From a virus (lineage: Duplodnaviria; Heunggongvirae; Uroviricota; Caudoviricetes): a stretch of DNA of 19,823 nucleotides. The notes beneath the pieces are model-generated. The model ran no database searches. It saw only the letters and a list, made by a program, of their open reading frames with translations, and was not told where the DNA came from. The stretch is from IMG/VR virus record IMGVR_UViG_2585427795_000005. The stretch is one strand, 5' to 3'. How positions within the stretch are numbered: position 1 is the stretch's first letter; each line of letters starts with the position of its first letter. The translations under genes were made by a program, and so were the position numbers. Positions 8,695-19,383 of the stretch are shown here, piece by piece.

Positions 8695-9738
8695 TTATCT
8701 AACACTCGACGAATGACTTGTGATAGCGCCGACTCCAAGCGCGTAATCAAAGAACAATCGTTGATGCATCGCCAGCCTACCGTGCGTCTTCTCCCAATTA
8801 TCGCGGTCACGCTCAATATCACGCTGGCATGACTGGCACAGAGGAATAGCATAAATGTCATGCGCGCATAATCGACTATGACGAACGATATAAGGCGTAA
8901 TGTGAGCGCCAGCTCCCGCAGCTCCACAGCCACAGCATGGACGGGAAGCCACAAAGTCCATGTACTCGGGCAATTTTAGCGATTGAAGTTTTGGTATCTT
9001 GAAATGCGCCATACCTGGGTCGGAGTCAACATCCACAGGGCATACTTTTGCACGCATCGGCGCGGCGCGTTCTTCCATCATCTGAACATATGCTGTAGCG
9101 CGATCGTCATACGGGCGAATATCCGCCTCTTTCAGAGGTCCGCTATCCTGCGGAGTAGCCTTCATCTTATTTATTGATATGCGGCAGACTTCTTCCGGCA
9201 TCAGGTGCATCATGTTGCGCATGAAAGCCCACCAGCACAGCTCCTGAATACTTAAATCATGGCTATTTGAAAGGCCCATTTCCTGACGGGCGACATCCAG
9301 TATCCAGTTAACGCGATTATTGTGCAGCGTTTCTTTCAGCTCATTAAAACCACGCATCCGGTAATGGTTATCGTGATGCCAGCACAACAACACCGCGCTA
9401 TTGTCTCGTTCAGCGTGGACAATATGGTTGTCACACCAACTACGATCTGCGGCCTGGCATTGACCCTCTTTCCTACGCAACCACGCCACCAGCGCGTCAA
9501 TTCCACCAATACGGCGAAACAGTTCATCGCTGTTAAAAAACGGCTGCAACGCCTCATTTGTTGCCATGGTTTGCTCGGTAACAACGAGGCCGTCTTCCAT
9601 GTGCTCGATTAACTCACGCGGCACCGGCTCCATAATAAATTTACGGCCAGCCTCCACCAGCTTTCTGACCTCCTGATCCACTTTGAACGTGGCGAGGCCA
9701 AGCTCTTTCTGTACAAAGGGAGTAATTACGGCTTTCAC
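8695..9738 (-). CDS. Hypothetical Cys/His-rich protein (347 aa) between doc and lpa; possible metal-binding or HNH-like nuclease motifs
   Basis: Long ORF with GTG start preceded by AAGGTG; motifs [10 protein letters not shown]...CWHHDNH and RPCCGCG...H...LCAHD...LCQSCQ. Confidence 0.6.
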   Translation of the reverse strand: MKAVITPFVQKELGLATFKVDQEVRKLVEAGRKFIMEPVPRELIEHMEDGLVVTEQTMATNEALQPFFNSDELFRRIGGIDALVAWLRRKEGQCQAADRSWCDNHIVHAERDNSAVLLCWHHDNHYRMRGFNELKETLHNNRVNWILDVARQEMGLSNSHDLSIQELCWWAFMRNMMHLMPEEVCRISINKMKATPQDSGPLKEADIRPYDDRATAYVQMMEERAAPMRAKVCPVDVDSDPGMAHFKIPKLQSLKLPEYMDFVASRPCCGCGAAGAGAHITPYIVRHSRLCAHDIYAIPLCQSCQRDIERDRDNWEKTHGRLAMHQRLFFDYALGVGAITSHSSSVR

Positions 9739-9765
9739 ATCACACCTTTAATCACTGATTGGGCT

Positions 9766-9945
9766 TTATCTGCTGCCCGGCATTCTCTGTTTAAGCACAA
9801 CCATTTCCTGACGGCATAACACAGCAATAGCTGTCCTGGCACCAATTTGCTTACCAACCAGGTATTGCTTTACCTCGCGGCGACTCACGCCATCAAGAAG
9901 CATCTTTAACGCTTCACGGGACAATTTGTTGTATTTACGTGCCAT
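9766..9945 (-). CDS. Possible small HTH-like protein (59 aa from the ATG at 9945)
   Basis: MARKYNKLSREALKMLLDGVSRREVKQYLVGKQIGARTAIA... resembles a helix-turn-helix domain; starts 5 nt after the doc stop; no clear SD. Confidence 0.3.
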   Translation of the reverse strand: MARKYNKLSREALKMLLDGVSRREVKQYLVGKQIGARTAIAVLCRQEMVVLKQRMPGSR

Positions 9946-9949
9946 TAAT

Positions 9950-10330
9950 CTACTCCGCGGAACCATACAATCTACGTAACGTGTCGGCGACAGAAGATAC
10001 AGATATCTCTCCGGTCGCAGCCCCTACGGTAAGGTCTGCCAGTTCAGGTGAATCAAATACCTGCACCCCGTTACGGCGTAGAAATAACAGCGCACTGTTT
10101 AGCGCGGTACGCTTATTGGCATCATTGAATATATGCCCTCTCGCTGTAGCCACCAGGTAGGTGGCGGAGACTTCGAAAAGGTCGGTGATCTCTTCGTAGG
10201 CAACTCTGGCCTGAACTCTCCCGATAATGGCCTCTGCCCTACCTGGATCTGACATTCCCGGCAGGCCGCCGTAGCGGTTTATATTCGCATCATGAAGCGC
10301 AATAAGTTCTTCCGGTGATATATGCCTCAT
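9950..10330 (-). CDS. doc: Doc toxin (death on curing), Fic-fold kinase
   Basis: 126-aa translation [33 protein letters not shown]...; overlaps the phd stop by 1 nt. Confidence 0.92.
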   Translation of the reverse strand: MRHISPEELIALHDANINRYGGLPGMSDPGRAEAIIGRVQARVAYEEITDLFEVSATYLVATARGHIFNDANKRTALNSALLFLRRNGVQVFDSPELADLTVGAATGEISVSSVADTLRRLYGSAE

Positions 10331-10551
10331 TATCGGTTAACCAGTTCCTTGTTGGTGGAGTCCAGGGTGTCAAACAGGGATGCAAATTCAGCATCCAGCG
10401 CCGCTTTTTTGTAGGCTTCGAAAGTAGCCTTGCTGACAATTACTGCTGGCTCACGGCCTCTGCGGGTGATTTCAACCTCTTCCCCGGCCTCAACATTGTT
10501 GAGCACTTCAGAAAGGTTGCCGCGCGCGGTACGGAAGTTAATGGATTGCAT
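10330..10551 (-). CDS. phd: Phd antitoxin (prevents host death)
   Basis: 73-aa translation [39 protein letters not shown]...; GAGGT SD. Confidence 0.92.
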   Translation of the reverse strand: MQSINFRTARGNLSEVLNNVEAGEEVEITRRGREPAVIVSKATFEAYKKAALDAEFASLFDTLDSTNKELVNR

Positions 10552-10558
10552 AAATACC

Positions 10559-10588
10559 TCGTGTACTCGTTATGTGTACACAATTATA
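10559..10588 (-). promoter_or_regulatory. phd/doc promoter-operator: two GTGTAC-containing palindromic Phd binding sites downstream of a -10 TATAAT
   Basis: Minus strand TTTATAATTGTGTACACATAACGAGTACACGAGG followed by the phd ATG; matches the phd operator sequence as I recall it. Confidence 0.75.
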
Positions 10589-10727
10589 AACTTCACAGGC
10601 ATAAAGCACCAGCACTTTGCGGCTTAACAAACCTCTAGGCAGGTCATTCGTAGCCTAATGTCCGAACTGCTAAAGCATCCAAGTTGCTGTAGAATCACAT
10701 CCAATTACATAAGCCTGAAATAAGTGG

Positions 10728-12286
10728 ATGAAAATGACAAGTATTCAACAACGTGCAGAGCTTCATCGTCAAATCTGGCAAATTGCTAACGATGTCAGAG
10801 GTTCGGTCGATGGATGGGATTTTAAGCAATACGTTCTGGGCGCGCTTTTCTACCGTTTTATCAGCGAAAATTTTTCCAGCTATATTGAAGCCGGTGATGA
10901 CAGCATCTGTTATGCGAAACTGGATGACAGCGTAATTACTGATGACATTAAAGACGATGCCATCAAAACCAAAGGCTACTTCATCTACCCAAGTCAGCTT
11001 TTCTGCAACGTAGCTGCGAAAGCAAATACCAATGACAGACTGAATGCAGATTTAAACAGCATCTTCGTTGCTATCGAAAGTTCTGCTTACGGTTACCCTT
11101 CAGAAGCTGACATCAAAGGTTTGTTTGCTGATTTCGATACCACCAGTAACCGCCTGGGTAACACCGTTAAGGATAAAAATACCCGCCTGGCCGCGGTTCT
11201 GAAAGGGGTTGAAGGATTAAAACTTGGCGACTTCAACGAACATCAGATTGACCTGTTCGGCGATGCCTATGAGTTCCTGATTTCTAACTATGCGGCGAAT
11301 GCCGGTAAGTCCGGCGGCGAGTTCTTTACACCGCAGCACGTCTCTAAGCTGATTGCACAACTGGCAATGCACGGCCAGACCCACGTTAACAAAATCTACG
11401 ACCCGGCAGCAGGTTCCGGTTCGCTGTTGTTGCAGGCTAAAAAACAGTTTGATGACCATATCATCGAAGAAGGCTTTTTTGGTCAGGAGATCAACCATAC
11501 GACCTATAACCTGGCGCGTATGAACATGTTTTTGCACAACATCAACTACGACAAGTTTGATATCAAGTTGGGCAATACGCTGACTGAGCCGCACTTCAGA
11601 GATGAAAAACCGTTTGATGCCATCGTTTCTAACCCGCCGTATTCGGTGAAATGGATTGGCAGCGATGACCCGACGCTGATTAACGATGAACGTTTTGCCC
11701 CGGCTGGCGTTCTGGCCCCCAAATCCAAAGCTGACTTTGCGTTTGTATTACATGCGCTGAACTATCTTTCTGCCAAAGGTCGTGCTGCGATTGTCTGCTT
11801 CCCGGGCATTTTTTACCGTGGCGGCGCGGAGCAGAAAATCCGTCAGTATCTGGTTGACAATAACTATGTCGAAACCGTGATTTCACTGGCACCGAACCTG
11901 TTCTTTGGCACCACCATTGCCGTAAATATTCTGGTGCTGTCTAAACATAAAACGGATACCAAAGTTCAGTTTATTGACGCCAGCGAACTGTTCAAAAAAG
12001 AGACTAACAACAACATCCTGACCGATGCCCATATCGAAAAAATTATGCAGGTATTTTCCAGCAAAGAAGATGTTGCCCATCTGGCAAAATCTGTCGCGTT
12101 TGAGGCCGTTGTCGCGAATGACTATAACCTGTCAGTGAGCAGCTATGTAGAAGTGAAAGATAACCGCGAAACTATCGATATTGCTGAGCTAAATGCTGAG
12201 CTGAAAACCACGGTCAGCAAAATCGACCAGTTGCGTAAAGATATTGATGCGATTGTGGCTGAAATTGAAGGCTGCGAGGTGCAGAA

Positions 12287-12290
<4 letters not shown>
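10728..12290 (+). CDS. hsdM: Type I restriction-modification methyltransferase subunit HsdM (type IC, EcoR124-like)
   Basis: 520-aa ORF with AdoMet motif DPAAGSG and catalytic NPPY; overlaps hsdS by ATGA. The true start may be the second ATG at 10734. Confidence 0.93.
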
Positions 12291-13528
<1,238 letters not shown>

Positions 13529-13649
13529 TTGACCATTATTACAGACCGAACCATCGTAACATCCGGTCTGTATATAGACTATTTTTTACGCGCCGGAAGT
13601 CACTCTTAACGCCTTTCCGGCCCTTGCCAGGCGGCACAAAGGATGCGCT

Positions 13650-16600
13650 ATGACTCATCAAACACACACCATTGCTGAATCCAATAACTTTATCGTCCTT
13701 GATAAGTACATCAAAGCTGAGCAAACAAGCGACAGCTACCAGAGCGAATCGGACCTGGAACGTGAACTGATTCAGGACCTGCGGAATCAGGGTTATGAAT
13801 TTATTTCCGTAAAATCACAGTCGGCAATGCTGTCTAATGTTCGGGAACAGCTTCAGAGCCTCAATGGTGTGATGTTTAATGACAGCGAGTGGCGGCGCTT
13901 CACGGAGCAGTATCTGGACAACCCCAGCGATGGTATTCTGGATAAAACCCGTAAAATCCATATCGACTATATCTGCGACTTTATTTTTGACGACGGGCGA
14001 CTTGAGAACATCTATTTGATAGATAAAAAGAATCTCATGCGCAATAAGGTGCAGATTATCCAGCAGTTTGAACAGACGGGTTCTCATGCTAACCGTTATG
14101 ACGTCACGATCCTGGTTAATGGTTTACCGCTGGTGCAAATCGAACTAAAAAAACGCGGGGTGGCGATTCGTGAGGCTTTCAACCAGATACATCGTTACAG
14201 TAAAGAGAGTTTTAACAACGAAAATTCCCTGTTTAAGTATCTGCAACTGTTTGTCATTTCTAACGGCACCGATACCCGTTATTTTGCCAACACGACAAAG
14301 CGCGATAAAAACAGTTTTGACTTCACCATGAATTGGGCGAAATCAGACAATACGCTGATTAAAGACCTCAAAGACTTTACCGCTACCTTTTTCCAGAAAC
14401 ATACTCTGCTGAATGTTCTGGTGAACTACAGCGTTTTTGACAGTAGTCAGACGCTACTGGTGATGCGACCGTACCAGATTGCCGCCACCGAGCGCATTCT
14501 GTGGAAAATTAAGAGTTCCTTTACAGCGAAGAACTGGTCAAAACCGGAAAGCGGTGGGTATATCTGGCACACTACCGGTTCTGGTAAAACCCTCACCAGC
14601 TTTAAAGCCGCGCGTCTGGCAACAGAGCTGGACTTTATTGATAAAGTCTTCTTTGTGGTCGACAGGAAAGACCTCGATTACCAGACCATGAAGGAATATC
14701 AGCGTTTTTCGCCAGACAGCGTCAACGGCTCGGAAAATACCGCAGGCCTTAAACGAAATCTGGATAAGGACGATAACAAAATTATCGTCACTACTATTCA
14801 GAAACTCAATAACCTGATGAAAGCAGAAAGCGACCTGCCTGTATACAATCAGCAAGTGGTGTTTATATTTGATGAATGTCACCGCAGCCAGTTTGGAGAA
14901 GCGCAGAAAAACCTGAAGAAGAAATTCAAACGCTATTATCAGTTTGGTTTTACCGGCACCCCTATTTTCCCGGAAAATGCCTTAGGCTCAGAAACGACCG
15001 CCAGCGTATTTGGTCGTGAATTGCATTCGTATGTAATTACCGATGCGATTCGTGATGAAAAAGTGCTCAAATTCAAGGTGGACTACAACGATGTGCGGCC
15101 ACAGTTTAAGTCTTTAGAGACAGAAACTGACGAGAAAAAACTAAGTGCGGCTGAAAATCAGCAGGCGTTTCTTCATCCCATGCGTATACAGGAAATCACG
15201 CAATATATTCTGAATAATTTCCGCCAGAAAACCCACCGCACCTTCCCTGGCTCAAAAGGTTTTAATGCTATGTTGGCAGTGAGCAGCGTGGATGCTGCAA
15301 AAGCCTATTACGCGGCGTTTAAACGGTTACAAGAGGAAGCAGCTAATAAATCGGCTACCTATAAACCGCTGCGTGTTGCGACAATCTTCTCCTTTGCTGC
15401 CAATGAAGAACAAAATGCCATTGGTGAAATTTCCGATGAAACTTTTGATACCAGCGCAATGGACAGCAGTGCTAAAGAGTTTCTTGACGCTGCAATTCGT
15501 GAGTATAACAGCTATTTTAAAACTAACTTCAGCACCGACGGTAACGGTTTTCAGAACTACTATCGCGATTTAGCCCAACGGGTTAAAAATCAGGATATCG
15601 ATCTGTTAATTGTCGTGGGGATGTTTTTAACTGGCTTCGATGCTCCAACATTGAACACGCTATTCGTCGATAAAAACCTGCGTTTTCACGGCTTGATGCA
15701 GGCATTTTCCCGCACCAACCGTATTTATGATGCAACTAAAACCTTCGGTAATATCGTCACTTTCCGGGATCTGGAACGCTCAACTATTGATGCCATAACG
15801 CTGTTTGGTGACAAAAACACCAAAAATGTGGTTTTAGAAAAGAGTTATGCAGAGTATATGGAAGGCTTTACTGATGCTGCCACTGGTGAAGCTAAGCGCG
15901 GCTTTATGGCAGTAGTTTCAGAACTGGAACAACGGTTCCCTGACCCTGCCAGTATTGAAAGTGAAAAAGAGAAGAAAGACTTCGTTAAACTGTTTGGTGA
16001 ATACCTGCGTGCCGAGAACATCCTGCAAAACTATGATGAATTTGCCACGCTGAAAGCCCTGCAACAAATCGATCTTAGCGATCCTGTTGCAGTAGAAAAA
16101 TTCAAAGCAGAACATTATGTGGATGATGAAAAGCTCGCTGAATTGCAAACAATTCGTCTCCCTGCTGATCGCAAGATTCAGGATTATCGTTCTGCCTATA
16201 ACGATATTCGCGACTGGCAGCGCCGTGAGAAAGAAGCTGAGAAAAAAGAGAAATCAACCACTGACTGGGATGACGTAGTTTTTGAGGTCGATTTGCTGAA
16301 GTCTCAGGAAATAAACCTGGATTATATCCTTGGACTGATTTTCGAACACAACAGACAAAATAAAGGCAAGGGCGAAATGATCGAAGAGGTTAAACGCTTA
16401 ATTCGTTCAAGCCTAGGGAACCGTGCTAAAGAGGGCCTGGTGGTCGATTTTATTCAGCAAACGAACCTGGATGATTTACCGGACAAAGCCAGCATCATTG
16501 ACGCATTCTTTACGTTTGCTCAACGCGAACAGCAACGTGAAGCAGAAGCATTGATAAAAGAAGAAAATCTCAATGAAGATGCAGCAAAACGCTATATTCG

Positions 16601-16766
16601 CACGTCTTTAAAACGCGAATATGCCACAGAAAATGGCACAGAATTAAACGAAACATTACCAAAACTTAGTCCGTTGAATCCGCAATATAAAACGAAAAAA
16701 CAGGCAGTTTTCCAGAAAATCGTCTCGTTTATTGAGAAGTTTAAAGGCGTAGGCGGAAAAATATAG
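13650..16766 (+). CDS. hsdR: Type I R-M restriction subunit HsdR (type IC)
   Basis: 1038 aa; nuclease motif region (D...IELK), Walker A TGSGKT, DECH box; AAAGGA SD; separated from hsdS by a 121-bp gap consistent with its own promoter. Confidence 0.93.
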   Translation: MTHQTHTIAESNNFIVLDKYIKAEQTSDSYQSESDLERELIQDLRNQGYEFISVKSQSAMLSNVREQLQSLNGVMFNDSEWRRFTEQYLDNPSDGILDKTRKIHIDYICDFIFDDGRLENIYLIDKKNLMRNKVQIIQQFEQTGSHANRYDVTILVNGLPLVQIELKKRGVAIREAFNQIHRYSKESFNNENSLFKYLQLFVISNGTDTRYFANTTKRDKNSFDFTMNWAKSDNTLIKDLKDFTATFFQKHTLLNVLVNYSVFDSSQTLLVMRPYQIAATERILWKIKSSFTAKNWSKPESGGYIWHTTGSGKTLTSFKAARLATELDFIDKVFFVVDRKDLDYQTMKEYQRFSPDSVNGSENTAGLKRNLDKDDNKIIVTTIQKLNNLMKAESDLPVYNQQVVFIFDECHRSQFGEAQKNLKKKFKRYYQFGFTGTPIFPENALGSETTASVFGRELHSYVITDAIRDEKVLKFKVDYNDVRPQFKSLETETDEKKLSAAENQQAFLHPMRIQEITQYILNNFRQKTHRTFPGSKGFNAMLAVSSVDAAKAYYAAFKRLQEEAANKSATYKPLRVATIFSFAANEEQNAIGEISDETFDTSAMDSSAKEFLDAAIREYNSYFKTNFSTDGNGFQNYYRDLAQRVKNQDIDLLIVVGMFLTGFDAPTLNTLFVDKNLRFHGLMQAFSRTNRIYDATKTFGNIVTFRDLERSTIDAITLFGDKNTKNVVLEKSYAEYMEGFTDAATGEAKRGFMAVVSELEQRFPDPASIESEKEKKDFVKLFGEYLRAENILQNYDEFATLKALQQIDLSDPVAVEKFKAEHYVDDEKLAELQTIRLPADRKIQDYRSAYNDIRDWQRREKEAEKKEKSTTDWDDVVFEVDLLKSQEINLDYILGLIFEHNRQNKGKGEMIEEVKRLIRSSLGNRAKEGLVVDFIQQTNLDDLPDKASIIDAFFTFAQREQQREAEALIKEENLNEDAAKRYIRTSLKREYATENGTELNETLPKLSPLNPQYKTKKQAVFQKIVSFIEKFKGVGGKI

Positions 16767-16785
16767 CCCAATTCGTGTTTTTCTT

Positions 16786-16813
16786 GCGGGTTCTTAATTA
16801 AACCCGCAAGAGA
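16786..16813. other. 10-bp-stem hairpin just downstream of hsdR
   Basis: CTTGCGGGTT-CTTAATTA-AACCCGCAAG, T-run on the 5' side only. A terminator role is uncertain. Confidence 0.3.
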
Positions 16814-16845
16814 CCGTGGGGTTTCAAATGGCTAATATACTCCCC

Positions 16846-16932
16846 TTACCCATGCGCGACGATGCCGCCAAAAGTGATAGAGAACAGCCAGAAATAGATC
16901 GCGGCCATAATGATTTTGAATGCCGTGTTCAT
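16846..16932 (-). CDS. Candidate small hydrophobic protein (28 aa, single predicted transmembrane helix)
   Basis: Hand-read ORF MNTAFKIIMAAIYFWLFSITFGGIVAHG, below the track's size cutoff; AGGAG SD 8 nt upstream; conserved CCAATCAATCA leader; C1 operator upstream at 17015..17031. Confidence 0.35.
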   Translation of the reverse strand: MNTAFKIIMAAIYFWLFSITFGGIVAHG

Positions 16933-16946
16933 ATTTTCAGCTCCTG

Positions 16947-16957
16947 TGATTGATTGG
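16947..16957 (-). repeat. Copy 3 of the recurring 11-mer (minus strand CCAATCAATCA-C-AGGAG-CTGAAAATATG)
   Basis: Exact 11-mer immediately upstream of the SD of the 28-aa ORF. Confidence 0.6.
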
Positions 16958-16959
16958 AT

Positions 16960-16990
16960 ACATGCCGCGCCTTGCGGCATGTTTTTATTT
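16960..16990 (+). terminator. Rho-independent terminator on the plus strand (9-bp stem, then TTTTTATTT)
   Basis: ACATGCCGC-GCCTT-GCGGCATGT followed by a T-run; lies in the 5' leader of the minus-strand small ORF and is convergent with it. Confidence 0.55.
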
Positions 16991-17014
16991 TCACTTTCCC
17001 TGTTTTAAAAATCA

Positions 17015-17031
17015 TGATTTATTAGAGCAAT
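17015..17031 (-). promoter_or_regulatory. C1 operator upstream of the 28-aa ORF
   Basis: Minus strand ATTGCTCTAATAAATCA (15/17), followed by TTTAAAAC; overlaps the stop codon of the upstream ORF. Confidence 0.65.
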
Positions 17032-17537
17032 TATTGTTGATGAAGAAGCGCATTTTCATACTCCCTGACCATTAACGTAAGCACGCCGTGCCTCCTGAAA
17101 ACACGCGCCACTTCAATCTTATCTTCCAGCGCGAACGCAATTTTGCTTATACCAATTTTCTTAAGGAGATCAATCTTTGCTGGGCCGTCATTTCTGTCAT
17201 CGGTGGCAGGACGCATAGATAGCAAAGGCTCAGCCCCGTTTGTTACGTACTTCCGCAGCCAGGCTCGTGTTTTATCCCTTGCGATCTCACAGCGCCCGGT
17301 TACAAACCAGACCGTGTAAACGTTAAATAACTGGCGCACCATATCAATAACTGGAGTGATTGGAGTATCGGTGTCACAGGCGAGATTAAACTCGTTCCAG
17401 TCCTTTGTTAATGCACCTTTACCTGGTGGCGGAAGCAAATGCAGTCTGTCTTCAGTTGCCTCTGATATTGTTCCATCAATATCGACTATGACGATATACG
17501 GACGTTCCTGGTGTGCATGTTTATTGAAAATACTCAA
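17031..17537 (-). CDS. HAD-superfamily phosphatase-like protein (168 aa), possibly a polynucleotide 3'-phosphatase or acid phosphatase
   Basis: HAD motif I IVIVDIDGT (DxDGT), motif II VWFVTGR, lysine and DD motifs (ARDKTRAW, ATDDRND); TTG start 4 nt after a strong AGGAGG SD. Confidence 0.6.
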   Translation of the reverse strand: MSIFNKHAHQERPYIVIVDIDGTISEATEDRLHLLPPPGKGALTKDWNEFNLACDTDTPITPVIDMVRQLFNVYTVWFVTGRCEIARDKTRAWLRKYVTNGAEPLLSMRPATDDRNDGPAKIDLLKKIGISKIAFALEDKIEVARVFRRHGVLTLMVREYENALLHQQ

Positions 17538-17554
17538 ATGCCCTCCTCATTGGA

Positions 17555-17590
17555 CGAAAAAAATGCTGGTGGGCGCACTCCACCAGCATT
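17555..17590 (-). terminator. Intrinsic terminator on the minus strand between the 371-aa ORF and the HAD-like gene
   Basis: Minus strand AATGCTGGTGG-AGTGCGC-CCACCAGCATT followed by TTTTTTT. Confidence 0.5.
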
Positions 17591-17609
17591 AAAAGTGACA
17601 CTGTAACTA

Positions 17610-18725
17610 TCAGCGGACGTAAATAGTGCCGCCGTTCTCTTTTTCCCATGCATCGCTACGTGCATAGCAAACATCGAGAAGTCTTCTTGCCGCTGTTTCC
17701 TCTAAACCCAATTCGACAACCAACTGCTCATGACGGCGGGTAACCACATCAAACAGAGTATGCAACCCTTTAGTTGCCAGATCATCAATGAATTCCGGTT
17801 CGAACGGCAGCTCTGCATCTGCCAACATAACCTCTTGCGCCCACTCAACTCGACGGACCAATTCCGGGCGGCGGCTTTCCATCTCTTTACAGATCAATTC
17901 ATGGAAGAACTCTACCCAACCTTCCGGCTGGAACTCGCGGAAAATGGCCAACGGCTGGAAGTTTGGCATCAACCATTCGTTGATTCGGATATCAATGGCA
18001 TAGCCCATGTCGCAGCAGAACTGATAAGCAAAGTCCAGCTTAGAAACGATATAAGGACGCTCGTTATTGAACTCTTTAGGCGATGAGATCCCATAAGCCA
18101 GGAGGCGCGGGAAGAAGGAGATTTGCCCTAACGTCGGATGAAGTTTGCTTGCAGGGAAACGGCGCTCAGTAATGCCATACATTTCCTTCTTGAGCGTCGC
18201 AAATTTGGCATTCTCATTAACCAGCGCGGTAACCTCTGCTTTTTTATTAGCAAATGCCACGCGCGCTTCGCTTGCATCTTTAATAGTTTTTTTGAGCTGT
18301 TGGTTAAGGTCGGCGACCTGCTTACGCAGTTCCTGTCGCTCGCTTTTAGCTTTGTTATAGCGTTTCTCAAGGTTAAAAGGATCAAGTTTCATGATCTCTT
18401 TATATTGAGATTTTAGCGTTGAAATCTGTGAGTTCCGCAGTTCAACCATCGCGGTCATTTCATTGAGTTTTGTTTCCAGCTCAATGCTTATACGTTCGGC
18501 ATTATCAGCACGCTGGTTGGCGTCATGCGTCGCATCGTCGATCGCGTCCTGTTGCTGGCGTTTCAAATGTTCAATTTGCAGCTGAAGCTCTTCAATTTCT
18601 TTACCCTTCAGACCGAGATCCAACTGCATATTTTCAGCTGCATCTACCAGGGAGTTATGGCTATCAGCTTCTGCGTTATAAACATCAATAAGCTGTGCGT
18701 GAAGCATCTCCGCTGACTGAACCAC
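17610..18725 (-). CDS. Hypothetical protein (371 aa): N-terminal coiled-coil region and an uncharacterised C-terminal domain
   Basis: Long ORF; N-terminal half rich in heptad-like E/K/Q/L segments. Start uncertain (GTG at 18725 or ATG at 18707, neither with a good SD). Confidence 0.6.
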   Translation of the reverse strand: MVQSAEMLHAQLIDVYNAEADSHNSLVDAAENMQLDLGLKGKEIEELQLQIEHLKRQQQDAIDDATHDANQRADNAERISIELETKLNEMTAMVELRNSQISTLKSQYKEIMKLDPFNLEKRYNKAKSERQELRKQVADLNQQLKKTIKDASEARVAFANKKAEVTALVNENAKFATLKKEMYGITERRFPASKLHPTLGQISFFPRLLAYGISSPKEFNNERPYIVSKLDFAYQFCCDMGYAIDIRINEWLMPNFQPLAIFREFQPEGWVEFFHELICKEMESRRPELVRRVEWAQEVMLADAELPFEPEFIDDLATKGLHTLFDVVTRRHEQLVVELGLEETAARRLLDVCYARSDAWEKENGGTIYVR

Positions 18726-18873
18726 ATTATCAAAAAAACGTGCTGTGAGGTCATCACAACTAACGCGGCGTTGCGCGGCCCGGATGTTCTGGATAATGGC
18801 CGGGATACCGGCATTCAGGACATCAGGGATAGATACATTTTCGATTGATTGCTTTTATGCTGAAGTGCTCATT

Positions 18874-19092
18874 TCAAAGTTCCGTATTAGCTTGTGCTTC
18901 GGTCATTTTTCCTAAGTATGAAGGAGGAAGGACTACGCAATTTGTATCCAGTCCCTCACCTATGGCAGCCTGTAAAATTCTGGCTAAGGTGAGTCTCTTG
19001 TTGCGATACCTGGTGATGACATGCCTGATACCGCCGGTCGGTGTAACAAAGGCGATCAGCCAGTAGTGATATTTCCGTCGGAATGGCCACAT
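18874..19092 (-). CDS. Hypothetical small protein (72 aa), first gene downstream of a paired C1 operator
   Basis: ATG preceded by AAGGTG; no alternative upstream start in frame. Confidence 0.35.
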   Translation of the reverse strand: MWPFRRKYHYWLIAFVTPTGGIRHVITRYRNKRLTLARILQAAIGEGLDTNCVVLPPSYLGKMTEAQANTEL

Positions 19093-19106
19093 AGTGCACC
19101 TTGTAA

Positions 19107-19123
19107 ATTGCTCTAATAAAAAA
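19107..19123 (+). promoter_or_regulatory. C1 operator
   Basis: Plus strand ATTGCTCTAATAAAAAA (14/17); 15 bp upstream of the 72-aa ORF start. Confidence 0.6.
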
Positions 19124-19147
19124 CGTGATGAGTGTACATCACGTTTT
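19120..19147. other. Perfect 11-bp inverted repeat with a 6-nt loop between the two operators
   Basis: AAAACGTGATG-AGTGTA-CATCACGTTTT. Confidence 0.5.
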
Positions 19148-19155
19148 AAAAATAT

Positions 19156-19172
19156 GGAATTATTAGAGCAAT
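19156..19172 (-). promoter_or_regulatory. C1 operator, divergent partner of 19107..19123
   Basis: Minus strand ATTGCTCTAATAATTCC (14/17), followed on the minus strand by TTTTTAAAAC as at 17015..17031. Confidence 0.65.
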
Positions 19173-19383
19173 ATTATTCTGATTCTTGCTCAAAAAACGC
19201 GCTAATGAGAGGAAGCCAATCCTCTGACACTTCACGCGGTCGCGGTTTGCCATGGAAGAAGATTATTCGGCAGTCTTTTGGTAATGCCCCATTCCCCCTG
19301 GAGTAGCGCGCACTTGCATATTTCGAACCAGGTTCCACAACATCGGCCTTGTAACTTACAAACCATCCCGGATACAGATCCTG

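Noticed and set aside
11217-12080. Several minus-strand ORFs of 60-125 aa
   Set aside because: All antisense to hsdM, whose frame carries the methyltransferase motifs.
13541-13590. Terminator between hsdS and hsdR
   Set aside because: An 8-bp stem exists (ACAGACCG/CGGTCTGT) but the T-run starts about 10 nt after it, so not a convincing intrinsic terminator.
19094-19306. 70-aa plus-strand ORF between the operators and IS1
   Set aside because: Non-ATG start, overlaps both operators and the palindrome, Ser/Gly/Arg-rich; probably non-coding leader or promoter DNA.
19173-19383. Cys-rich 44-aa minus-strand ORF next to IS1
   Set aside because: No SD (ATG directly follows CCGGG) and no supporting context.
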